Program-made: the position numbers and the translations under genes
Shown: positions 36,736-45,186 of the stretch, one piece after another
How the letters are laid out: each line of letters begins with the position of its first letter
Position numbering within the stretch: the first letter of the stretch is position 1
Assembly (NCBI GenBank): GCA_019244185.1
Contig: JAFATB010000023.1
Location: forward strand, 288,001 to 352,000
Direction of reading: 5' to 3'
DNA length: 64,000 nt
Source of the DNA: Acidobacteriota bacterium
GTDB lineage: Bacteria; Acidobacteriota; Thermoanaerobaculia; Gp7-AA8
The notes under the pieces: generated by a model
Seen by the model: the letters and a program-made list of their open reading frames with translations, nothing else
The model's database searches: none
Told to the model about the DNA's origin: nothing

Positions 36736-38703
36736 TTATGGGCGGAACTCGATCGACTGCGGGAACCACGTGCGCACGTGCTTCCCGTCCTTCACCGGCG
36801 GCGTGAAGCGTGTGGAGCGGATGGCGCGCATCGCGGCCTCGTTGAGGCCGAAGCGCGGCTCGCCGCGCAGCACCTTCACGTCCAGCACTTCGCCGTTCTC
36901 GCCGATGAACGCGCTGAGGATGATCGTCGCCGAGACCTTCTGCTGCGCGGCCATGGCCGGATACATCGGCCGGATCGCGCGCGTGGGACGCGGCAGCGTG
37001 TCGAGCGCCGAAACGTCGACGACGTCGCCCTCGTGGACGCCCGCCGTCTGCGCGGCCGGCGCCTGCGTCACGACCTGCTGCACCGGCGCGGACGACTGCG
37101 TCTGCGCGGGCGCGGCCGGCGTCGGGTCGACCGGCGTCGTGCGCGCGGGCGCCGATTCACGCCGCTGCTGCTGATCGAGCTGCGCCGCGGACAGCGACGG
37201 ACGGTCGTCGCTCACCGCCGGGGCGGGCGTCGACGATGCGACGCTGACCGGCGGCGCCGTGACCACCGGCGCGTTCTTCGACTGCTTCTGCCGCAGCTCC
37301 GCGTTGAACTGGTTCTGCAGCTTCATCATCTCTTCGTTCATCTTCCGCCGCACCGCGTCCTCGAACGCCTTCTTCTGCGCCTCGGCATCCGTGGTCGCCG
37401 GGGCCGCGGGCGTGGCGGTGGACGTCTGCGGCGACGCCGACGCGACGACCGGCTCGGAGATGATGCGGTGCTGCGCGGGCTGCTGCTGCGCGGTCACGCC
37501 CGGGAGCACCTGCGCGGTGCTGAGGGGCGCGGGGGCCGCGGCCGTCGTCGAGTGCTTCGACATCATGTAGTACGCGCCGAGACCGACGCCGGCGACCACG
37601 AGCGCGGCGGCGGCGACGAGCGGCAGCTTGCTCTTCGACTTCGGCGCGTCAGCCGAGGCGAACATCGACGGCGCGGGGGACGGTTCGTAGGCAGGCGCGG
37701 GAACGGCGACCGGCTTCGGCGCCTCGAGATACGGCAGGACGTTGACCTTCGACTCCTTGTCGCGGTCGAGCGCTTCGGCTTCCAATTCTTTCTTCAGCAG
37801 ATTGCTGAGATAGAACGCGAGATTGAACGTCGTCGCCGAATACTTGCCGCCGTGCGCGAGGCCGGAGATGGCTTGCTTCATCTCGCCGATCGACGCGTAG
37901 CGCATCGACGGATCGATGTTGAACGACTTGTCGAGGACGACGCGGATGTCGTCGGGCACCGGCGCGCCGGTGAGCGTCTTCGCCGCGCGCACGGCTGCGC
38001 CGAACGCGCTCGCCGTCGCCGCGTCGGGCGGCTCCTGGCCGGTGACGAGGAGGAACAGGATCGCGCCCATTGAATAGACGTCGGCGTTTTTCACCGGCTG
38101 GGCGGCATTGCGCGATTCCGGACAGAAGTAACGCCCGATCTCCGCCGCGACGCGCGCGTCCTGCAGCGAAGCGAGCATGCCGGCGCCGAGTTGCTGGCCC
38201 GCGACGCGGATCTCGCCGTCGTCGCTGATCCAGATCATCTGCGGCAGCAGCGCGCCGTGCGAGAGACGTCCGCCGCCGCTGCGCAGGTCCGCGGTCGTCG
38301 CGAGAGACAGCGCGACTTTCTCCGCGATCACGATGGCCTGATCGATCGGCAGCGGATTGGGAGGCGTGTCTTTGCCGCCGCGGCCGCGGTCGATGATGTG
38401 GCGCAGCGAACGTCCGCCCGCGTAATCCCACGCGACGAACGGCACGCCGTCGGCGACGCCCGCGACCTGCTCGCGCGCGAACGAAGTGCCGGTGAGCTGC
38501 GGCAGGATCTGCGCCGCCGCTTCCGCGCTCGCGGTGAGCGCCGCGCGGTTGCCGCCGGTGAGGCGCCGCAGCGCAACCGTCGGTCCGAGCTGCGCGCCGT
38601 CGATGCGCCCGGCGCGCCAAAGCTCGCCGATGGCGTCCGTTTCGAGTTTCTTGAAAAGGATGTACGGACCGAACGAATCGTACGGCTTGTTGCGCGCAGC
38701 CAT
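36736..38703 (-). CDS. Hanks-fold pseudokinase + TM + Pro-rich linker + TonB C-terminal domain
   Basis: FGPYILFKKL, ADVYSMGAILF.LVTG; TM LPLVAAAALVVAGVG; C-terminal YPAMA..GEVLDVKVL..LNEAA..RFTP..DGKHV. Confidence 0.85.
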   Translation of the reverse strand: MAARNKPYDSFGPYILFKKLETDAIGELWRAGRIDGAQLGPTVALRRLTGGNRAALTASAEAAAQILPQLTGTSFAREQVAGVADGVPFVAWDYAGGRSLRHIIDRGRGGKDTPPNPLPIDQAIVIAEKVALSLATTADLRSGGGRLSHGALLPQMIWISDDGEIRVAGQQLGAGMLASLQDARVAAEIGRYFCPESRNAAQPVKNADVYSMGAILFLLVTGQEPPDAATASAFGAAVRAAKTLTGAPVPDDIRVVLDKSFNIDPSMRYASIGEMKQAISGLAHGGKYSATTFNLAFYLSNLLKKELEAEALDRDKESKVNVLPYLEAPKPVAVPAPAYEPSPAPSMFASADAPKSKSKLPLVAAAALVVAGVGLGAYYMMSKHSTTAAAPAPLSTAQVLPGVTAQQQPAQHRIISEPVVASASPQTSTATPAAPATTDAEAQKKAFEDAVRRKMNEEMMKLQNQFNAELRQKQSKNAPVVTAPPVSVASSTPAPAVSDDRPSLSAAQLDQQQRRESAPARTTPVDPTPAAPAQTQSSAPVQQVVTQAPAAQTAGVHEGDVVDVSALDTLPRPTRAIRPMYPAMAAQQKVSATIILSAFIGENGEVLDVKVLRGEPRFGLNEAAMRAIRSTRFTPPVKDGKHVRTWFPQSIEFRP

Positions 38704-38771
38704 CGTGATTGAACCCCCGAGTTATTTGTGGACGGGGAAGGATACCACCAATTTGGGCGCGCGAGCGGGCG

Positions 38772-39215
38772 TCAACGCGCGGGCGAACGCGACTGTTCGC
38801 TCCACGTACAGAGCGTCTGCACGTCCGCGGGCGAGAGTTTCGCCTGGCGATGCACGAGCGTGTACGAGCCGATCGGCATGTCGCCGTGCTGCACCTGATC
38901 GCACACTTCCTCGAGCTTGCGACTCTGCTTCTTCGCCGTGTACGTCGCAAAGACCGACGCGTTCAGCTCGCGCCGTCCTTCGTTCACGTGATTGACGAGC
39001 CACCACGAGAGCGGCGAGATGTTCGTGTACCACGGCCAGCGCGTCTCGTTGGAATGGCAGTCGCGGCACGAGCGGTCGAAGATCGCCTGCACGTTCGCCG
39101 GCATCGTCAGCCGCTTCGCCGGATCGACGGGCGGATTCGTGCGCGCGGGGCGGATGAACTGCGCGACGACAACGAGAATCACGAGCACGAGCAGGATGCG
39201 TTTCAACATCGTCAT
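38772..39215 (-). CDS. Haem-binding (Haem_bd-like) monoheme c-type cytochrome
   Basis: SCRDCHSNETRWPWY, GRRELN, MP..Y...H. Confidence 0.85.
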   Translation of the reverse strand: MTMLKRILLVLVILVVVAQFIRPARTNPPVDPAKRLTMPANVQAIFDRSCRDCHSNETRWPWYTNISPLSWWLVNHVNEGRRELNASVFATYTAKKQSRKLEEVCDQVQHGDMPIGSYTLVHRQAKLSPADVQTLCTWSEQSRSPAR

Positions 39216-40300
39216 TTCGCCTGCGGCTGCTGCTGTTGTTGCTGTTGCGCGCGACGGCGGTCGCGGAAGTACTGGCGCTGATAGATCTCGACGTTGCGGT
39301 TGTGATCCGCGGCGTTCGTCGCGAAGACGTGCGAGCCGTCGTTGCGCGCGACGAAGTACAGATACGGCGAGGTCGCGGGTGCGGCGGCGGCGCGCAGCGA
39401 TGCAAGTCCCGGATTCGCGATCGGACCGGGAGGCAAGCCCGGAAAGCGGTACGTGTTGTACGGCGACGCGATCTGCAGATCCGCCTTGTGGATGTTTCCG
39501 TCCCAGCGTCCGGCGAGCTTGATCGCGTAGATCACCGTCGGGTCCGCGCCGAGGAGCATGTGGCGGTGGAGGCGGTTGACGTACACCGACGCGACGATCG
39601 GACGCTCCTGCGGCAGCCGCGCCTCGGTCTCGACGATCGACGCGAGCGTCACCGTCTGGTGCACGTCGAGTCCCGTCGCGATCAGTGCGAGCTCGCCGCC
39701 CCAGTGCTTGCGGAAGTTCGCGACCATCGCGCGCACGATCGTCGTCGCCGGCGTGCCGGGATCGAACTTGTACGTGTCAGGGAAGAGGTAGCCTTCGAGC
39801 GACTCCGCGTTCGGCGCGATGTCGCGGATGAGGTCCGGATCGCCCGTCGCCTTCTTCCACTCCGCCTCGGTGCCGAGCTTCTCGTCGGCGAAGAGCTTTC
39901 CGATGGCGAAGCGGTCGAGCCCTTCGCGCACGGTGACAGTCTTCAGGATCACGTCGCCGCGAATGAGCTTGTCGAGCACGTCGACCGGCGCGAGCGGTTT
40001 GTCGAACTGATAGACGCCCGCTTTCAGCGAGTCGCGCCCGCGGAATATCTTCATGTAGACGAGCGGGATCCACTCGTCGCGCACGACGCCGTCGCGCTGC
40101 AGTTGCTGCAGGATCGTCGCCGTGCGCTGGCCGCGCCGCACTTCGACGCGTTTCGCCGCGCCGGTCCAGCCCTGATACGGCGTGCGCAGCGCTCGCCAGA
40201 AGAACCAGCTGCCGGCGATGCCGAGGATGATCGCGAAGATGAGGATCGTGAAGAGCGACTGCGCGTATTTGCGGCAGCCGCGGCGCTGCCGGCGTGCTAT
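39212..40300 (-). CDS. mltG: Endolytic transglycosylase MltG; start inferred at ATA
   Basis: LEGYLFPDTY, LASIVETE, ADPTVIY, SPYNTY..PGLPPGPIANPG; the in-frame TM anchor lies at 40142-40300. Confidence 0.93.
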   Translation of the reverse strand: MARRQRRGCRKYAQSLFTILIFAIILGIAGSWFFWRALRTPYQGWTGAAKRVEVRRGQRTATILQQLQRDGVVRDEWIPLVYMKIFRGRDSLKAGVYQFDKPLAPVDVLDKLIRGDVILKTVTVREGLDRFAIGKLFADEKLGTEAEWKKATGDPDLIRDIAPNAESLEGYLFPDTYKFDPGTPATTIVRAMVANFRKHWGGELALIATGLDVHQTVTLASIVETEARLPQERPIVASVYVNRLHRHMLLGADPTVIYAIKLAGRWDGNIHKADLQIASPYNTYRFPGLPPGPIANPGLASLRAAAAPATSPYLYFVARNDGSHVFATNAADHNRNVEIYQRQYFRDRRRAQQQQQQQPQAK

Positions 40301-40713
40301 GGCGTCCTCCGCTGCTCACGCGTGCGCGCGTCGAGCCACGACTGCAGGATCACGGCGGCGGCGTGCATGTCGATGTCCTTCTGTGCCTCGCGTCGATTGC
40401 GGCCCGCGGCGCGCAGTTGTTCCATCGCTTCCACCGTGGAGAGACTCTCGTCCCAGAGCACGACCTCTTTGCAGGTTCGCTGCCGCAGCGTGTCCGCAAA
40501 CGCGTGGAACTTCTCCTCGGACGACGACGCGTGCATGCGGCGCGGGATGCCGAGAACGAACGTCGCGGCGTCGAGCTCGCGCGCGAGACGCTCGAGCTTC
40601 GCCACGACGTCGCCTTCATTCCGCAGCACGGAATGCGGCGTGGCCACGACGCCGGAGTCGCTGACGGCGATGCCGATGCGGCGCGCGCCGAGGTCGATGC
40701 CGATCACGGACAC
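40297..40713 (-). CDS. ruvX: Holliday junction resolvase-like RuvX/YqgF
   Basis: IGIDLGARRIGIAVSD, WDESLST, IDMHAAAVILQSWLD. Confidence 0.95.
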   Translation of the reverse strand: MSVIGIDLGARRIGIAVSDSGVVATPHSVLRNEGDVVAKLERLARELDAATFVLGIPRRMHASSSEEKFHAFADTLRQRTCKEVVLWDESLSTVEAMEQLRAAGRNRREAQKDIDMHAAAVILQSWLDARTREQRRTP

Positions 40714-40721
40714 GAAGCGGG

Positions 40722-40738
40722 ATTGTAGCCGCTACAAT
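40722..40738. promoter_or_regulatory. Palindromic back-to-back -10 boxes between ruvX and pilT
   Basis: ATTGTAGC-C-GCTACAAT gives TACAAT on both strands. Confidence 0.65.
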
Positions 40739-40762
40739 GGCGCCGTCAGCGAGGCTTCCCTC

Positions 40763-41917
40763 ATGAAAAACTTCAACCTCGACGCGATTCTCGAGGCGAT
40801 GCTGAAGATCTCGGATCGCGTGTCCGATCTGAACTTCTCCGTCGGCCGGCCGCCGCAGGTCGAAGTCGACGGACAGCTCGCGCCGGTGAACTTCCCCGGC
40901 CTGCCGCGACTCACGCCGTTCCAGACGGAGATCATCGCCATGCACATGCTGCGCGGCGACCGCGAGCTGACGCGCACGCTGATGATGAACGGCAGCGTCG
41001 ACCTGTCGTACTCGATCCCGCAGAAGACGCGCTTCCGCGTGAACATCTTCTCGCAGCGCGGCACGTACGCGATCGTGCTGCGCGTGATCCCCGAGGGCAT
41101 TCCGACGCTCGAGTCGCTGAAGATGCCGCGCGAGCTGTTCAACGTCGGCAAGCTGAAGAACGGCATCGTGCTCGTCACGGGGCCGACCGGCTCCGGCAAG
41201 TCGACGACGCTCGCGGCGATCATCAACCAGATCAACCACGAGCAGGCCGTGCACATCATCACCATCGAGGATCCGGTCGAGTACATGCACCGGCACGTCA
41301 AGTCGACGGTGAACCAGCGCGAGGTCGGCTCCGACACGAAGACCTTCTCGCTCGCGCTGCGCGCCGCGCTGCGTCAGGCACCGAAGGTGATCCTCATCGG
41401 CGAGATGCGCGACGTCGAGACGATCGAGATCGCGATGGAAGCTGCGGAGACGGGACACCTCGTGCTCTCGACGCTGCACACGATCGACGCGGCGAAGACG
41501 ATCGACCGCATCGTGGGCGTCTTTCCGAAAGATCAGGAGCCGCAGGTGCGCACGCGGTTCTCGCAGTCGTTCCGCTACGTCATCTCGCAGCGCCTGCTGC
41601 CGAAAGTCGGCGGCGGACGCGTGGCCGCGCTGGAGATTCTCAAGTCGACGATGCGCACGCGCGACTACGTGCTGAAAGGCGAGACCGAAGGGCGCTCGCT
41701 CACCGACGCGATGCACGACGGCCAGGTCGACGGGATGCAGGCGTTCGACGACGAGATCGAGAAGCTGTGGAACGACGGCGTGATCTCGAAAGAGACCGCC
41801 CTTGCGTACGCGACGAATCCGACGAACCTCGCGCTGCGCATGACCGACGAGCCGACGGGGATTCCCGCCGCGGGTGCGAGCGACGACGGCGACTCGATGC
41901 TGTCGCTGCTGGAGTAG
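40763..41917 (+). CDS. pilT: PilT/PilU family type IV pilus retraction ATPase
   Basis: RFRVNIF.QRG, GPTGSGKSTT, TIEDPVEY, LRQAPKVILIGEMRD, ETGHLVLSTLHT, GMQ. Confidence 0.92.
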   Translation: MKNFNLDAILEAMLKISDRVSDLNFSVGRPPQVEVDGQLAPVNFPGLPRLTPFQTEIIAMHMLRGDRELTRTLMMNGSVDLSYSIPQKTRFRVNIFSQRGTYAIVLRVIPEGIPTLESLKMPRELFNVGKLKNGIVLVTGPTGSGKSTTLAAIINQINHEQAVHIITIEDPVEYMHRHVKSTVNQREVGSDTKTFSLALRAALRQAPKVILIGEMRDVETIEIAMEAAETGHLVLSTLHTIDAAKTIDRIVGVFPKDQEPQVRTRFSQSFRYVISQRLLPKVGGGRVAALEILKSTMRTRDYVLKGETEGRSLTDAMHDGQVDGMQAFDDEIEKLWNDGVISKETALAYATNPTNLALRMTDEPTGIPAAGASDDGDSMLSLLE

Positions 41918-41919
41918 CC

Positions 41920-42543
41920 ATGATCCGCATCACGTGCACGAGCTGTCAGAAACCGCTCTCGCTCGACGAGACCAAGCTGCCGATGCGCGAGGTCTCGTTT
42001 CCGTGTCCGGTCTGCAAGGCGAAGCTGACCGTCGACCGCAGCAAGCTCGAAGGCGCACAGCCGCCGAGCGGCGACGCGCCCGACACGCATGCCTCGCACG
42101 GCGCGCACGACGACGATCACGAGAACGACTTCGGCGCGAAGGCGGTGATCGTCGGCAAGGACGATCCCGCGCTGCGGCAGGCGGCGAAGCTGGTCGGCTT
42201 TCTGCCGATCGTGCACGCCGAGCCGGCGCGCGCGCGCGACTACCTCATGCAGGAGTCGCCGCAGCTGGTGTTCATCCATCCGCCGCAGCTCACGCCGCCG
42301 CCGCTCGACGGCATGGCGCCGGTCATCGCGCTGCCGCCGGTCGATCGCCGCAAGACGTTCCTGGTGCTGGTCGCCGACAACCTGCGCACGCTCGACGGCA
42401 ACGCGGCCTTCCTCTACGGCGTGAACCTCGTCGTGGCGACGAAGGACCTCGGGCAGTTCCCGCAGATCTACCGCGATGCGCACGCGCACCACGAGCGGTT
42501 CTATGCGAGCGTGAACGCGGTGACCCGCGAGAAGTCGGCCTGA
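41920..42543 (+). CDS. Zinc-ribbon protein with a receiver-like C-terminal region
   Basis: CTSC..CPVC at the N-terminus; RRKTFLVLV..RTLD..AF..GVNLVV. Confidence 0.72.
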   Translation: MIRITCTSCQKPLSLDETKLPMREVSFPCPVCKAKLTVDRSKLEGAQPPSGDAPDTHASHGAHDDDHENDFGAKAVIVGKDDPALRQAAKLVGFLPIVHAEPARARDYLMQESPQLVFIHPPQLTPPPLDGMAPVIALPPVDRRKTFLVLVADNLRTLDGNAAFLYGVNLVVATKDLGQFPQIYRDAHAHHERFYASVNAVTREKSA

Positions 42544-42571
42544 GGCGGGGAGGGGGCGACGGGCTGCCGAG

Positions 42572-43048
42572 TTACTGCGCCTGCAGCCCGTCGGGGTACT
42601 GCACGAACTGCCCGTTCATGAAGATGATGTCGCAGTCGAACTTGTGCGTGCCGCCGCCGGTGACGCTGGCATCGGGAACGCCGTCGCGGCCGTACGAGCG
42701 GATCATGTAGGACGCGCCTTCGGCGTCGACCGCGAACTGCAGGTCGTGGCGCCAGCCGTCGGTGCGGATCATTTCTTTGGAGAACGTCGGCACGAGGATG
42801 TTTTCCATCATTTCGATCGTCATGGGCGTCGTGCAGCAGATCGACAAGCCGGCGCCCGAGTACTTGCCGATGTCGGTCGCCCGCGCTTCCCACGCCGTCG
42901 CCGCGGCACGGATGTCGGCCATCGTGCGCTTCTGACGCGAACGCTGCATCACGGTGATGAGGTTCGGGATGGCGATCGCCGCGAGGATGCCGATGATCGC
43001 GACGACGATCAGCAGTTCGATCAGCGTGAAGCCTCGTGTTCTCTGCAT
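42572..43048 (-). CDS. Type IV pilin/GspG-like prepilin 2
   Basis: RG|FTLIELLIVVAIIGILAAIAIP, DGW, SYGRDG, DCDIIF. Confidence 0.9.
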   Translation of the reverse strand: MQRTRGFTLIELLIVVAIIGILAAIAIPNLITVMQRSRQKRTMADIRAAATAWEARATDIGKYSGAGLSICCTTPMTIEMMENILVPTFSKEMIRTDGWRHDLQFAVDAEGASYMIRSYGRDGVPDASVTGGGTHKFDCDIIFMNGQFVQYPDGLQAQ

Positions 43049-43068
43049 GCGTGAGCTCCCGTCAAGTA

Positions 43069-43096
43069 CGACGGGCGCTGTCTCCAGCGCCCGTCG
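43069..43096. terminator. Strong hairpin between the two pilin genes
   Basis: Perfect 12-bp stem CGACGGGCGCTG-tctc-CAGCGCCCGTCG. Confidence 0.65.
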
Positions 43097-43122
43097 CATC
43101 GCAGTTGCTGTTGCGAAGGTCC

Positions 43123-43608
43123 TTACTGGACCTGCACACCTTCCGGATACACGACGAAGCTGCCGTTCGAGAAGACGATGTCGCAGTCGAACTTGGTCGT
43201 CGGACCGGCGGACTCGGAATCGTTCGACTTGTTCTTGCCGTACGACTCGATCGAGTACGACTGACGGTCGGTGCTCACACCGCCCGCGTAGTTCGTACCC
43301 CAGCCGTCCTTCGTCGGGACCTGCTTGATGTAGGTCGGCGAGAGGATGCCCGGCAGGGTGTTGGCGACGTAGTCCGCCCCCGTGCTCGGCCACGTCACGG
43401 TCGCGCCGGCGGCGCCGTACTCGTTGACGTCCGTTGCACGCGCTTCCCACGCGGTGGCGCAGCTGCGCATGTCGGCCATCGTTCTCTTCTGACGCGAACG
43501 CTGCATCGCGGTCAGCAGGTTCGGAATGGCGATCGCTGCGAGAATGCCGATGATCGCGACGACGATCAGCAGCTCGATCAGGGTGAAACCTTTTTGCTTC
43601 CTGGTCAT
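43123..43608 (-). CDS. Type IV pilin/GspG-like prepilin 1 (likely major pilin)
   Basis: KG|FTLIELLIVVAIIGILAAIAIP; strong AGGAGG SD; upstream sigma-54 motif. Confidence 0.92.
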   Translation of the reverse strand: MTRKQKGFTLIELLIVVAIIGILAAIAIPNLLTAMQRSRQKRTMADMRSCATAWEARATDVNEYGAAGATVTWPSTGADYVANTLPGILSPTYIKQVPTKDGWGTNYAGGVSTDRQSYSIESYGKNKSNDSESAGPTTKFDCDIVFSNGSFVVYPEGVQVQ

Positions 43609-43637
43609 AGAAGCCCTCCTTTGAGGACTTCCACTAA

Positions 43638-43653
43638 GGCAATCGCAACGCCA
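43638..43653 (-). promoter_or_regulatory. sigma-54 promoter candidate for the pilin
   Basis: TGGCGT-TGCGA-TTGCC; sigma-54 control of major pilins is well established. Confidence 0.72.
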
Positions 43654-43761
43654 AGGCGCACCAGAACGCAACCGACTGACCGCGCAGAGTTTACTACCGG
43701 CCGGGGCGGTGCCGGAGGAGCGGTTCTGACACATTTGCGTACGGGTTGGTGACAAATATCG

Positions 43762-45186
43762 TCAGGGCTGCCGCGCCCACGCCCGCACGACCTCGCGCAG
43801 GTAGTCCACGCCCTGCATGAAAAAGTCGAGACGGATGCGCTCGTCGGCGTGATGAATCGCAATCGACTGGAAGTAGTCGATCGGATACGGCGCGATGCCG
43901 TAGCAGAGAATCCCGCGCGGCCGCAGAAAGCGCGCGTCGGTCGCGCTCTTGTACAGCACTTCGACCCCCGCTTCCGTGCGATAGCGCCTGCGTCCTTCCG
44001 ACGCGAGCAGCGCGAAGAACGGCGTGCCGTCGTCCGAGAGCGGCACCATCCCTTCTTTGCGCAGCACGCGATCGAGCCGCGCGCCGAACGGCTGCACGAC
44101 CGACAGCGCCCACGCGATGCGCGCGTCGGGATGTTCGTCCGGCAGATTCACGAGCCGCAGCTCCATGATCCACCGCCCGTTCTCCTGCCGCGGCGCCTCC
44201 ACCCACAGCGTGTTCTGCGTGAGATCGCGATAGCTGATCGGCAACTTCCAGAACGTGCCCTTCGCGATCGCGCCGTCGATGTCGGTGAGGATGCTGCGGT
44301 ATTGCGTGCGCGTCGGCGCGAGTCCGCGGAACATCTTCCGCACCGCGGGCAGCACGCGATAGGCATCGCGCTGCACGACCCACGGCTCGAGCGCGATGCG
44401 CGCGCGTTCGAGCTGCTCGCGCGAATCGGCGGTGACGGTGAATGCCTCGTATTGCTTGCCGCCGACCTCGATGCCGAAGTACGTCATGCGCTCGGAGAGC
44501 ATCTCGGTGATGCCGCCCTCGGTCACCCCGTACGCGATGTTCGCGAAGACGTCGGGACGATGCGCGAGCAGCCACTGCATGCCGAACTCGCTGCCGGTCT
44601 CCTCGTCCGCGGTCGCGAGAAACACGAGATCATGCTCGGGCGGTTCGCCGCTATGCGCAAGCTCGGCGAACGCCCAGAGCTGGCAGAGCGCGAGCGCCTT
44701 CATGTCGATCACGCCGCGGCCGTAGAGCTGATTGAGCTCGATGACGCCGGCGAACGGCGCGTGCGTCCAGCCATCGCCCGGCGGCACGACGTCGATGTGG
44801 TTGAACAAAAGCAGTCCGCCGCCCGGCTTGCGTCCGCGCAGCCGCGCGTAGACGTTGAACCGTCCCGGCGCGGACTCGATGAGCTCCGCGGCGACGCCGC
44901 GCGCGGCGAACTGCGCGACGAGCCAGCGCGCACCCGCGGCCTCGCCCCGCGGCGTCGAGGTGTCGATGCGCACGTAGTCGCGCAGCTGCAGCACTTCGCG
45001 CGTGATCGTCTGCTTCTTCGGCACATACACTTGCTCGTGCGCGATCCGCTCCTCCTCGGCGCGATTCCAGCGGAGGAACGCGACGACGCCGGCGCCCAGG
45101 ATGAGCACGAGCGCCGTCGCCGCGATACGCTCGTTGCGATGCCGCCGGCGTTTGCGCGCGGCGTCCGGCGACTCGTGCGCGTTCAT
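43762..45186 (-). CDS. Membrane-anchored M20 family metallopeptidase/deacylase
   Basis: N-terminal TM; NHIDVVP, GRGVIDMK, ADEETG, ATDARF, IHHADERI. Confidence 0.9.
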   Translation of the reverse strand: MNAHESPDAARKRRRHRNERIAATALVLILGAGVVAFLRWNRAEEERIAHEQVYVPKKQTITREVLQLRDYVRIDTSTPRGEAAGARWLVAQFAARGVAAELIESAPGRFNVYARLRGRKPGGGLLLFNHIDVVPPGDGWTHAPFAGVIELNQLYGRGVIDMKALALCQLWAFAELAHSGEPPEHDLVFLATADEETGSEFGMQWLLAHRPDVFANIAYGVTEGGITEMLSERMTYFGIEVGGKQYEAFTVTADSREQLERARIALEPWVVQRDAYRVLPAVRKMFRGLAPTRTQYRSILTDIDGAIAKGTFWKLPISYRDLTQNTLWVEAPRQENGRWIMELRLVNLPDEHPDARIAWALSVVQPFGARLDRVLRKEGMVPLSDDGTPFFALLASEGRRRYRTEAGVEVLYKSATDARFLRPRGILCYGIAPYPIDYFQSIAIHHADERIRLDFFMQGVDYLREVVRAWARQP

